This document shows, in pieces, positions 8,929-18,208 of a DNA stretch of 64,000 bases. The notes under the pieces were generated by a model. That model did not search any database. It worked only from the letters and a program-made list of their open reading frames with translations, and was not told the DNA's origin. Numbering within the stretch: the stretch's first letter is position 1; every line of letters begins with the position of its first letter. The translations under genes and the position numbers were made by a program. Where the stretch lies: positions 1,792,001-1,856,000 of the forward strand of contig OZ244057.1 of assembly GCA_965215515.1 (NCBI GenBank), written 5' to 3'. The stretch is from Oligoflexales bacterium. Its GTDB lineage: Bacteria; Bdellovibrionota_B; Oligoflexia; Oligoflexales; JAPPIL01.

Positions 8929-10252
8929 AGTGCTCCTGCTATCCCTGTGTTTCCTGTGCAGTATGCGGACGGGGCAGGCCCGTGCCGACAAGACACCGAT
9001 TTGGCTGGAGCTGTCCGTCGGGATTATCAGTACCGCAACAGTAGAGATGTTGACACGGGCGGTGGAAACGGTCACGACAGAAAACTATCAGGGTTTGTTG
9101 ATTAAGCTCGACACCCCTGGCGGTGCACTGGAAGCGACACGCAAGATTGTGCAGCAGATGTTTTCCGCCCCTTTCCCGATCGTCGTGTGGGTGGGGCCTG
9201 GCGGTGCGCATGCGGGCAGTGCGGGGGCCTTTGTGACGATGGCGGCGACGGTCGCGGCGATGGCTCCAGGCACCAATATCGGTGCTGCACACCCCGTGCA
9301 AGCGGGAGGTAGGGATGTGGACGAGGAGGAAAAGGTTGGCGAAAAGATTATCAACGATACCGTCGCTTTCATCGAATCGATTGCCGCAGTGCGCCAGCGC
9401 GATGTCGAGATGGCACGTTCGTTTGTCATCACCTCGATGTCGATTACGGCTGAAGAGGCACTAGAGCACAAGGTCATCGATCTCCTTGCCAGTAGTCGTG
9501 AGCAGTTGTTGGAGAAGTTGCACGGGCGGGAGGTGACTCAACAGGAGCGCACGATGACTGTCGTCTCTGCGCAAGCCCGTATCGTTTCTTACCAGCCTTC
9601 GCTGCGCCAGAAAGCGTTAGAACTGCTCGGCAACCCTAATCTTTTTTACCTACTCTTTCTGGCGGGATTGATCGGGCTTGGGTTTGAGCTGACCCACCCT
9701 GGGGCGCTGTTCCCTGGCATTTTTGGGGCGATCTGTCTGCTGTTGGCGTTGATTTCAACTGCCGCGTTGCCTGTCAGTTTTGGGGCTGCGGCACTGATTA
9801 TCCTTGGGTTTGTATTGTTGATTGCCGAAGTATTTGTCCCGAGTTTCGGTATCCTCGGCATCGGCGGGGTGGTGGCGTTTCTGGTCGGCTCGGTGTTTCT
9901 CGTCGATCCCGACAACACCCACGGTTTGCGGGTGTCTTGGTATACGATCGCCCCTGGTGCGATCACTATCTGTGCGTTTGCCCTGACCATCGGCTATCTG
10001 ATCACCAAAAGTATTAGAGCGAAGGTTCGTTCTGGTGCAGAGACTATCGTCGGGGCACAAGGCACTGCGTTGCAGGATTTTCACTCCGATGGCACAGGAC
10101 AAATTCGTGTACTGGGCGAAGTGTGGGCCGCCGCATCATCCTCCGCCCCTCATCCTGTGGCTGGTGAGCAGGTCGAGGTGCTTGCCGTGCAGGGCTTGCA
10201 GCTGACAGTAGCCAAAACCACCCTAGAACCACCCGACACCCCTCAGGTATAG
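8921..10252 (+). CDS. nfeD: NfeD family membrane-bound serine protease (ClpP class)
   Basis: LDTPGG, AGSAG, MAPGTNIGAAHPV, TM bundle, C-terminal GEVW OB-fold. Confidence 0.93.
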   Translation: MGRVLLLSLCFLCSMRTGQARADKTPIWLELSVGIISTATVEMLTRAVETVTTENYQGLLIKLDTPGGALEATRKIVQQMFSAPFPIVVWVGPGGAHAGSAGAFVTMAATVAAMAPGTNIGAAHPVQAGGRDVDEEEKVGEKIINDTVAFIESIAAVRQRDVEMARSFVITSMSITAEEALEHKVIDLLASSREQLLEKLHGREVTQQERTMTVVSAQARIVSYQPSLRQKALELLGNPNLFYLLFLAGLIGLGFELTHPGALFPGIFGAICLLLALISTAALPVSFGAAALIILGFVLLIAEVFVPSFGILGIGGVVAFLVGSVFLVDPDNTHGLRVSWYTIAPGAITICAFALTIGYLITKSIRAKVRSGAETIVGAQGTALQDFHSDGTGQIRVLGEVWAAASSSAPHPVAGEQVEVLAVQGLQLTVAKTTLEPPDTPQV

Positions 10253-10364
10253 TTCCTCTCCTGAATCACGTGAGTAGTGCGAAGGGGTATCTACAGGATC
10301 AACTTTCCCTATCTCATCGCCTTCACACCTAGGAGGTATATGGGGTTTCAACAGGCTGGGTAGA

Positions 10365-10390
10365 CTGTCCGTTTTTTGGGGGCAACTCCA
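10365..10390. mobile_element. isolated IS3-family terminal inverted repeat (relic)
   Basis: Reverse strand reads TGGAGTTGCCCCCAAAAAACGGACAG, a 5'-TG...CCCC...GGACA pattern typical of IS3-family ends; no transposase adjacent. Confidence 0.55.
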
Positions 10391-10502
10391 ACTTGTACCA
10401 CCTGTGCGAACAAAACGGCAAAGTGAGCGAAGATCGCCACATCGAAGTCAAAGCTTGTGGCAAAGGAAAGTGTCGATGAGCGGATAATCTGCACAGCAGC
10501 GA

Positions 10503-10844
10503 CTAGTCTAGCAAAAAACCTTTGTCGGGCGAGTACTGGTCTTGAAAATCGAGATCGATGTCAACTTGTCCCTCTTTGATACGGGTTTGGCAGCCGAGAC
10601 GTATTGAGCCGTCGGTAGGGAGGTGCATGCTGGCGAGCAAGGCACGCTCATCGTCAGCCATCGGGGTAAGGTTGGCTGCGGGCTCGACCCGCACGGCACA
10701 CGTACCACAGCGGCAGGAGACGCATCCGTAGCGCATTTTAATTTTACCTTTACGGGCCGCAACCAGTATCTTACAACCCGTGTTGACGGAAACACTTTTG
10801 TTGCTCGGTTTAAAAACAAATTCAGCCACTTTTAATTTAGCCAA
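10503..10844 (-). CDS. 2Fe-2S ferredoxin
   Basis: CVSCRCGTC...RLGCQ. Confidence 0.88.
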   Translation of the reverse strand: MAKLKVAEFVFKPSNKSVSVNTGCKILVAARKGKIKMRYGCVSCRCGTCAVRVEPAANLTPMADDERALLASMHLPTDGSIRLGCQTRIKEGQVDIDLDFQDQYSPDKGFLLD

Positions 10845-11902
10845 TCTTGCAGTTTTACGGTAAATTTTTTATTGAGCCTGTGTGATGCACGGCGAAAAAC
10901 TTTTATTGCAGGATTTTTTAGAATTTTTTTCCATGCGTTCCATTCTTCTTGCATTGTTTTGATGGTATAAGGGGAGTTAGAAGACTTCGAACCCTTTGAA
11001 AACGTGTAGTTGTTGAACAAATACACGGAGGTGTGCTTGAGCCATTTGTAGCTCGGCAATTCATTACTGTGTTCAGGAATTTTAAAGAACACGATAATGT
11101 CACCGTAATTTAATGCAGTGGTACGTGGGTTTATCTCGTAGAAATTTTCATCCAACACTCGCCACAACTCATCATGATTGATCATAGCACGATGGTATCC
11201 TGTCTCTTCTTTAACATTCAAGAACGTAGATTTCGGGAAGGATGGGTCTTGAAAAGCAAGCACGGCGTGAAAACAGTTAGGGCCGCGAAAAATAGTGTAA
11301 CGCTTTACCATACGAGCAGCAAAACTAGGCAGCAACTCTCTGTCTACAACAATATGCGATGAAGTTAACAGTTTTTTTCTTATTTTCTTCAGCCCCCTCG
11401 AGGAGAAAAAATATTTCATTTGATTAAGCAGAAGATATTTTTTGTTTGCCTTCATTTTTGGGGGAAAAGCTAACAGGCGATGGTGGTAGGAAGAGAACAT
11501 CTGCGTTAGTTTTTGTGGGTCAACGTGGCGCAAAATTTCTGGTGTGATAACTATATCTCGTGCATTTTTGCTGGTCGGTATATTTTTCTTAATGCCGTGG
11601 TAGAGGTACACTGTGTGTCCACGGCGAGAGAGTTGTTCGCTAAATAATCTTAGCGATTTTTCTTTAATTTTTAGTTTGACGGGTTCAACTCGTGGATCAG
11701 AGCGGTAACGCATGACACGTGATTTTATTTTAGAAAAAGAAATTTTTATTTTTTCGATTGAATCACGCAGTGGCAATCTCAAACCAGGTGATAGGCTTGA
11801 AATATCTCTGACGAATGAATTTTTGGCTGCAATTTTTCCTGTAGCCGACTCTGCGGGGCAGAGAAGCGCGAGCGACAGCAGCAAACATTTTCTGTTTTTC
11901 AT
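10832..11902 (-). CDS. hypothetical exported basic protein, possible papain/NlpC-like fold
   Basis: Signal peptide; GPNCF...YGDIIVF...LKHTSVYL (Cys/His pattern); AT-rich. Confidence 0.6.
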   Translation of the reverse strand: MKNRKCLLLSLALLCPAESATGKIAAKNSFVRDISSLSPGLRLPLRDSIEKIKISFSKIKSRVMRYRSDPRVEPVKLKIKEKSLRLFSEQLSRRGHTVYLYHGIKKNIPTSKNARDIVITPEILRHVDPQKLTQMFSSYHHRLLAFPPKMKANKKYLLLNQMKYFFSSRGLKKIRKKLLTSSHIVVDRELLPSFAARMVKRYTIFRGPNCFHAVLAFQDPSFPKSTFLNVKEETGYHRAMINHDELWRVLDENFYEINPRTTALNYGDIIVFFKIPEHSNELPSYKWLKHTSVYLFNNYTFSKGSKSSNSPYTIKTMQEEWNAWKKILKNPAIKVFRRASHRLNKKFTVKLQDWLN

Positions 11903-12076
11903 AATGCAACCAATACTGGGCTACGCTGTGGTTTCGGAATTTAGGGGCACTATGTTAGCTTTAATTGGGGAATTTTTACGATGATATTGCTATCTTGCTG
12001 TTGGCATTAGGGCGACAGAAATGGTTTTGCTTAGCAAAATATGTGTGCTAAAATGAAAGAAAGGGGGGTGAGTGTT

Positions 12077-12787
12077 ATGGCAAAGCTTCTTATTGCTGAT
12101 AGCAGCAAGGCTAGTTTGGTGATGAGTACAGAGGTTTTTAAAGAAAAAATCTCAGGGATTTCTATCTCAGTAGCTGATAATGGTCGTGATTTCTTGCAAA
12201 TGTTACCAGAGGTTGCGCCTGATATTGGTATTGTCGATTTTGATTTGCCTGATGTAGATGGTACAACTTTGGTAAAGTATGCACGTGAAATCTTTGACGG
12301 GCCAATTCTACTTACCGCTTACCTTGACGACAAAATAAAAAAAATAATTAATCGTGAATTGTTTGCTTACGAACAGGAAGGTGTATGTATAGCAAAGCCG
12401 ATAAAATTCGAAAAAATGGCCGCGGCTATCGATCGTTTTTTAGTTTCTGGTAAACGTATTTTGAAAAGATTTCAAGCTAAGGGAGATTTACGTTTGCTGC
12501 ATAGCAATGAAAACATCAGCTTAACTAAAGGCAAGCTGATAAACATCAGTGTCGGTGGGGCGTGTGTGCGATATGATGATGAGTTTGATGCTTCATGCAA
12601 AAATTGTGTGATTACTTTGGCTATGCGTTTGTCCCAGCCAGATAGTAATAGTATGACGACAAAATTACCAGGTAAGATATGCTGGATTGATCCTCAACAA
12701 AAAATGCTAGGCATAAAGTTCATACAACTTTCTGAACCGCGTAAACATGCTCTGGAAAAGTTTTTGCGTTTGAGTGCTGGTCTTTGA
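12077..12787 (+). CDS. response regulator receiver + PilZ domain protein
   Basis: REC: LIAD, IVDFDLPDVDG, LTA, AKP; PilZ: RILKR (RxxxR), NISVGG, GIKF. Confidence 0.85.
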   Translation: MAKLLIADSSKASLVMSTEVFKEKISGISISVADNGRDFLQMLPEVAPDIGIVDFDLPDVDGTTLVKYAREIFDGPILLTAYLDDKIKKIINRELFAYEQEGVCIAKPIKFEKMAAAIDRFLVSGKRILKRFQAKGDLRLLHSNENISLTKGKLINISVGGACVRYDDEFDASCKNCVITLAMRLSQPDSNSMTTKLPGKICWIDPQQKMLGIKFIQLSEPRKHALEKFLRLSAGL

Positions 12788-13449
12788 GAAGTGTTGCACG
12801 CTGGCATTACCCTGCTGTTTTACTGTTAACTTTTGTCATACCGATAGTTCTTGCCCATCTATACAATGTGATTCCTCTCCAAACGTGGTTGGCTGCGGCG
12901 ATTGTTAACTCAGTTTTGTCTTTGTTATTGCTTATTGTCTATCGAGATAAAGTTGCGGCGTGGTTTTTCACTCGTCATAGTTATCTGTTTTACCTTCCTG
13001 CCTTAGCGGTGTTTATTTTTTGTGTTCTTGCAATTTTGGTAAGTTCGTTTTACAGTGATCCTTTACGAGGGACGGTGTCTGTGCCTCAGTACCTCTGGTT
13101 GTTGTGGATTCCTATTGTTGAAGAGATTGTTTTTCGTCTCGGCATTGGCAGTTGGTTGCGCGGTTGGGCGGGTAATTTTTGGGGTGGTTATTGTGCCGCG
13201 TTGTGTTTTGCCTTGGCCCACACCTTGCCGACTTGGCAACGACTCACTGCTGGTGAAATAGGTGTTCCTGTAGGGGTGCTGTTGTTGGGAGTGATATGTG
13301 AGTTTCTTTTTGTGCGCAGCAAGAGCCTTATGCCTTGTATTGTTTTCCACGCTGCTTGTAATGCTAGTGTGCCGTTGTTTACTTATTTTGATCAGAGATG
13401 GTTTGCGTGGTTGAGTTTGTTGTTTCAAACTAAGGTTACCTCGTCATGA
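12784..13449 (+). CDS. CPBP (CAAX/Abi) family intramembrane glutamic endopeptidase
   Basis: PIVEEIVFR, FALAH, FHAACN. Confidence 0.88.
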   Translation: MRSVARWHYPAVLLLTFVIPIVLAHLYNVIPLQTWLAAAIVNSVLSLLLLIVYRDKVAAWFFTRHSYLFYLPALAVFIFCVLAILVSSFYSDPLRGTVSVPQYLWLLWIPIVEEIVFRLGIGSWLRGWAGNFWGGYCAALCFALAHTLPTWQRLTAGEIGVPVGVLLLGVICEFLFVRSKSLMPCIVFHAACNASVPLFTYFDQRWFAWLSLLFQTKVTSS

Positions 13450-13673
13450 ATGTGTCGGACAAAAAAAAGGCACGTATTCTCAAGTTGCAGCGTGTGGTTT
13501 GCATTTGCAAGGGTATCCCGCTAGGCAAAGTCTTGCCTGCCGTGCTGCGTAGTCGCACCGTTGAGGAGGTCAACCGCCGTGCAGGCACAGGACAGGGAGG
13601 GTGCGCAGGACGGCGTTGCGGGCCACGCATCAAAACCCTGCTGGCCAAATCCCAACAACTGTCTAAAAAATAA
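13446..13673 (+). CDS. BFD-like [2Fe-2S]-binding protein
   Basis: VCIC...GGCAGRRC; ATGA overlap with CPBP gene. Confidence 0.8.
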   Translation: MNVSDKKKARILKLQRVVCICKGIPLGKVLPAVLRSRTVEEVNRRAGTGQGGCAGRRCGPRIKTLLAKSQQLSKK

Positions 13674-13731
13674 ACAGATAGAACGTACACACTAGTCTTC
13701 GTAACATGAGGAGTTTCGTGTGCTATATTTT

Positions 13732-13747
13732 TGGTACACCTTTTGCA
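13732..13747 (+). promoter_or_regulatory. sigma54 (-24/-12) promoter candidate
   Basis: TGGTAC-ACCTT-TTGCA with GG-N10-GC spacing, followed by GGAGG (13759-13763) and ATG 13769. Confidence 0.6.
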
Positions 13748-13768
13748 CGGAATATGTCGGAGGCATGT

Positions 13769-15376
13769 ATGCGGATTACCGTGCTGATATCGATGATGAT
13801 GTTAACAGCTTGTATCTTTGACATAAGAACGAAGTCGCAGCAAGATCGTGTGCAGGTAGTAGATGCTTTTTTTGAATTACAGGTGCTTTATCATCTCGCG
13901 TTTGAAAAGCATATCTACGTTAATCTTGAGGGGTTATATGACTTAGAACAAAAAACTGCGAGAGCGTTGCATGACAATACGATACCTTCTGCGCATGTAG
14001 AGCGAGTGAAAAAGTGGCATCACAAGCTACGTAGTTACATTATTTTTCTGTTGGCTATGCGGCCCATCGATGATAATGGGATAATCAAAACAAAAATGTC
14101 TTCGTTGCTGTTGCATCAACTGCGCAGTGAATCTCCTGATCACATCGACCTTACGCTTTCTAAGCAAAGCTTTTATCAAGATATGCGGCAGGGAAAAGTT
14201 TCTACAATGGATTTCTCGGAAGAAAGCGTACAGAAATTTTTTGCTAATTTTATAACAACGGTGATGTCTGTGACCGAGCAGACGATAAGCAAGTATCAGA
14301 GCTTGTTCACTTTTGAGCCACACACACTGGCTGGCTTGTGTTACCAGGCAGGATATGATGGTTGCCAGCGCTTTGAAATTGGCGATAATACGGCCCAAGA
14401 CGGTAAAACAGCTGAGCTAGAAAACGTCATGATGCTAGTTAATACAACTGCTAACAGTCTAAATAAGATTATTACTAATTTGCAACTTTTAGAGACACAT
14501 AAGCCTGTCCACGACAAGGAAGAGAAACGGCAACGCGATGAGATACACCGCAATATTCAATATCAGAAATACGAATTAATCTTGTTGAAGGCAGCGCAGC
14601 AGGGGATTCTGCCCATATTTTTTACCGATGTATTTAAAGAAAAAAGCGGTAGTGTGCAACTAGATATTACCGAAAATTTTCAACATGCAGACAACAAATT
14701 GCTGACGGAAATCACGGCTACTGCTCTTAGACAAGCGGTTGTTGAATTAAAAAAAGAACTACTTGTGCATTGGCATGAAATAAAAAAAATACAGCAACAC
14801 CATCGTAAATTAAGCGAAAGAGATATGTACATCTGGGCAAGCAACAACGAAGTTGCTACGGCACGTTTGCTAGTGCAAAGTCCTGAATATGCCCCTGTAG
14901 TTAGTTATCTTTTTCACAAATATGAACATAAAGTTAACGATAGGAAATTTCACAAAATAGTTAAGGCAACTCTAACCACGGTTGGTCTAGGCACGCTGGG
15001 ACTGTTCGCGATGAGTTTCACTCCCATTTTTCCTATTAATGCTGCACTCAGCAAGGCGATTGTTATCAGTGCGGCGGCAAACTTCGGTTGGATTGGGCTC
15101 AATTTAAGTGAAAGCGTTGTTGCTCACAGCCGTCATCTTATGATGGAACGAGCTTTGCTCAGCGGAACTTCACAACAGATAGGGGAAAATCTCAAAATGC
15201 TACAGGAGTTTGAGGCCGCCCGTAAGAATGCCATTTTATCAGGCGTAATCGGTTTAACTATGACAGCCGCTTCTTACAATCAGGTTTTGAAAAGCCTCAA
15301 CAGCAGTAGCCGTCCGTTTATCTCCAACTACATTCAAGACCTATTTAAACCCAAGACGAACACAGATGGCGAATAG
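13769..15376 (+). CDS. hypothetical helical lipoprotein with C-terminal hydrophobic segments
   Basis: MRITVLISMMMLTAC lipobox; GGAGG RBS; hydrophobic stretch TVGLGTLGLFAMSF...AIVISAAANFGWIGL. Confidence 0.7.
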   Translation: MRITVLISMMMLTACIFDIRTKSQQDRVQVVDAFFELQVLYHLAFEKHIYVNLEGLYDLEQKTARALHDNTIPSAHVERVKKWHHKLRSYIIFLLAMRPIDDNGIIKTKMSSLLLHQLRSESPDHIDLTLSKQSFYQDMRQGKVSTMDFSEESVQKFFANFITTVMSVTEQTISKYQSLFTFEPHTLAGLCYQAGYDGCQRFEIGDNTAQDGKTAELENVMMLVNTTANSLNKIITNLQLLETHKPVHDKEEKRQRDEIHRNIQYQKYELILLKAAQQGILPIFFTDVFKEKSGSVQLDITENFQHADNKLLTEITATALRQAVVELKKELLVHWHEIKKIQQHHRKLSERDMYIWASNNEVATARLLVQSPEYAPVVSYLFHKYEHKVNDRKFHKIVKATLTTVGLGTLGLFAMSFTPIFPINAALSKAIVISAAANFGWIGLNLSESVVAHSRHLMMERALLSGTSQQIGENLKMLQEFEAARKNAILSGVIGLTMTAASYNQVLKSLNSSSRPFISNYIQDLFKPKTNTDGE

Positions 15377-15377
15377 A

Positions 15378-18122
15378 TCAGCGCAATAACTCAATGAGTT
15401 CTTGGCGGGTGAGGTTTTTGAAAATTTCTTCGTCTTTCTCAAGATATTTTTCAAACAAATCCTGTTTCCTGCGGATGAGGCGGTCGATTTTTTCTTCGAA
15501 AGTATCCTTAGTAATCAGTTTGAAAACTTGCACGTTTTTGTTTTGACCGATACGATGCACACGATCGGTCGCTTGGTTTTCCTTGCTAGCATTCCACCAG
15601 CGGTCATAGTGAATAACAATCGAAGCGGCAGTGAGGTCGATCCCAATACCACCTGTCAATAGCGTGGCAACAAACACATGCGTGTCGTTATCTTCCTGAA
15701 ACTGGGTGATTAACTTCCCACGTTGGCGACTCGCACCCGTAAGAGAAACAAATTTTATTTTCTGTTGATTGAGATAAGCACTGATAATATCCACCATCTT
15801 CAGATACTGTGTGTAGATGACTATTTTTTGATTTGACTCCAAACCCTCGAAAATCAATTCTTTTAGCAACTCAAACTTGCCACTCTCATGTTTATCAAAT
15901 TCTAAACCATCTAGCACCAGTAACGGATGATTGCAAATCTGTTTCAGTAAATTCAAAATAGCAAAGATATGCACTACAGGAACATCGCTTACCCCCTGCT
16001 CCAACTGCTCCGACAAGGGACGTGCTTTGAAATCAATGACGCTTTGGTAGAGTTTCTTCTGTAGCGATGATAGCGTGCATGTCCTGAAATCGATAATCTT
16101 GTCAGGTAAATCAGGCAACACCGCCTCTTTCGTGCGGCGCAACTTGAACGGATGAATGAGGCGTTTCAACACCATCTCATCGCCAGGGCCGCCGTTAGTT
16201 TTGAGTGGACGTAAAATGTTCTTGTTGAAAAAACGATCCGAGCCAAGATAACCAGGTAAAAGAAAATCAAAAATTGACTTTAACTCACGTAGGTCATTTT
16301 CAAACGGGGTGCCCGACAAACAAATACGCATGGCATTTGGCAAACGACACGCGGCACGATAGGTGCTTGTGCTGCTGTTTTTGACATAATGTGCCTCGTC
16401 CAATACCACCACATCCCAATGGCTCTTTTGGAGTTCAAACACATCACGCTGTAACACACCATAACTGGTGATTGTCGTGACATTGCCGCGCATCACACGT
16501 GGCAACGACAGAGCACGCGCCTGCCCGTGATAAATCATGGGATGCAACGAAGGAGCAAAGTCGCTGACCTTTTCCTGCCAATGCGTCAACACCGTTGTGG
16601 GACAGACGACGAGGAAACGAAAATTTCGTTTCTCACTCTGAATCGCCGCCAACAACGCCATCGTTTGATGCGTCTTCCCCAAACCCATCTCATCGGCTAA
16701 CAAGCCGTGCAACCGATTGCGATACAACCACCACAACCACTTGAAGCCAAAGTGCTGATACGTGCGTAGCTGCAAGTCAGTGTGCGCCAACGATGGCGGT
16801 GCAAGCATATCATCGAAAACAGTGCGGGCACTCAAACGTCCCAGCAGTTTCTTCGAACCGACAAAGGCATCATAGTCCCCGAGCGCCGCCCGCAAACGAT
16901 GAACGTCAAGTGCCGAAGCGACGATCAACTCTCCTGTACTATCCATCTGCCAGTCAATTTCAGTCAACAAGGCAGGCACTTTGAACCAATGCTTGTCGTG
17001 TGTCTTCAGATAACGGCGCTTTTTATTGCTGGTAAGCAACTTGGTCAGCGGAATAGCCGTTTTGCCATCGTGATAACTCAAGGACAGATGGAAAGCGCCA
17101 CCCTGCACCGCCTTGACCTCAATACGAGTTTGCTTGTGATCTGCAACGATCTTCTCACCCCGCAACTCCCGCGCGACAAAAAGATGCGAACAACTGCGCA
17201 ACTCTTCAAAGTCGCTCTGGATCAAAGCCGCAGCTTGATCCCCGAGATAACGTTTCGTAGAAGGCAACTCTCCCCACGAGCTGTCTTTCGCCACCGCCAC
17301 ATAGCCACAACCCGACAGAAAAAGATACTTCGTGCCTAGCCTTGCTTCCATCTGAGCCGCGACGAGATAATCGATGGTTGTCGCTTCTTCCTCCCCCTGA
17401 CGATACACCGTTGCGCGCCGCAACGCAGGGGTGGTACGGGCAGGAAGCTCGCAACCCTGCGCCACATTCAATACCAACACCCGTTGCCAAAACAACGATT
17501 CGTGGGCATCCTGGCAAAGATAGATAGCACGCGTGGCAGTATACTCGTGACACGTGCTAGCCCGCACGCCCTCCGTGCTGCTGGCAAACTCCGCGGCCTG
17601 GTCAATGTCAAGATCATAAGTCGTAGTCTTGCCTTTCTTGATTTCGACATCGATCGTCATACGCCCGTCATTATGCAAACGAGTTTGCAAAATCGAACCG
17701 CGCAAGTGCGACAATACCGAACGCTGCACCGACACCGCAGCCTTGCGCACCCGCTTGCTCACCGACCCCGTGGGACGAATCAGCATCTCCAAGTCTAAAT
17801 CTTGCACAATACGATGTTTCTCACGATCAAGATGAAAAATCACCGCAATGATATGACGACAGAAGTGTCCCCGCATTCTGTTTTCGGCACAGGTACACTC
17901 CAACCACTGAATGAAACGCCGACTGGCATGCATCTTGATGCGCACCTCGAATTCTTGAAACTGCCCGTCGTCACGCACCCTACCGACAACAAGTGACTCG
18001 ACCGTCGCTAAATGCGAAATCGCACCCGCTTGGTACAACTCCAACCCCGTCTGCCAATCCAAATCAGAGGTAAACTGGTAGAAATGGTTGATTAACTCAG
18101 TATCAGCCGATACCGCCGACAT
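15378..18122 (-). CDS. SWIM zinc finger + SNF2 family helicase
   Basis: CTC...FCRH; LADEMGLGKT, LDEAH, LSGTP, GIGIDL, QATDRVHRIGQ. Confidence 0.93.
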   Translation of the reverse strand: MSAVSADTELINHFYQFTSDLDWQTGLELYQAGAISHLATVESLVVGRVRDDGQFQEFEVRIKMHASRRFIQWLECTCAENRMRGHFCRHIIAVIFHLDREKHRIVQDLDLEMLIRPTGSVSKRVRKAAVSVQRSVLSHLRGSILQTRLHNDGRMTIDVEIKKGKTTTYDLDIDQAAEFASSTEGVRASTCHEYTATRAIYLCQDAHESLFWQRVLVLNVAQGCELPARTTPALRRATVYRQGEEEATTIDYLVAAQMEARLGTKYLFLSGCGYVAVAKDSSWGELPSTKRYLGDQAAALIQSDFEELRSCSHLFVARELRGEKIVADHKQTRIEVKAVQGGAFHLSLSYHDGKTAIPLTKLLTSNKKRRYLKTHDKHWFKVPALLTEIDWQMDSTGELIVASALDVHRLRAALGDYDAFVGSKKLLGRLSARTVFDDMLAPPSLAHTDLQLRTYQHFGFKWLWWLYRNRLHGLLADEMGLGKTHQTMALLAAIQSEKRNFRFLVVCPTTVLTHWQEKVSDFAPSLHPMIYHGQARALSLPRVMRGNVTTITSYGVLQRDVFELQKSHWDVVVLDEAHYVKNSSTSTYRAACRLPNAMRICLSGTPFENDLRELKSIFDFLLPGYLGSDRFFNKNILRPLKTNGGPGDEMVLKRLIHPFKLRRTKEAVLPDLPDKIIDFRTCTLSSLQKKLYQSVIDFKARPLSEQLEQGVSDVPVVHIFAILNLLKQICNHPLLVLDGLEFDKHESGKFELLKELIFEGLESNQKIVIYTQYLKMVDIISAYLNQQKIKFVSLTGASRQRGKLITQFQEDNDTHVFVATLLTGGIGIDLTAASIVIHYDRWWNASKENQATDRVHRIGQNKNVQVFKLITKDTFEEKIDRLIRRKQDLFEKYLEKDEEIFKNLTRQELIELLR

Positions 18123-18208
18123 ACGTATGTTCCATCGTTGGATTCAGAGTTATATTATGCCACAACTTTTCGACGTTGACAGCAGTTATCTGTCGAACTG
18201 CCACCCAC

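Noticed and set aside
10331..10363. AGGAGG followed by ATG of a 7-codon ORF (MGFQQAG); possible TAG readthrough
   Set aside because: Readthrough gives only a short uninformative peptide and other genes use TAG as a normal stop; better explained as IS relic sequence
12784..13449. CPBP protease as bacteriocin immunity or abortive infection gene
   Set aside because: No precursor peptide, toxin or other bacteriocin genes adjacent
15378..18122. SNF2 helicase as part of an anti-phage system
   Set aside because: Stand-alone SWIM-SNF2 type next to lepA, with no methylase or nuclease partners
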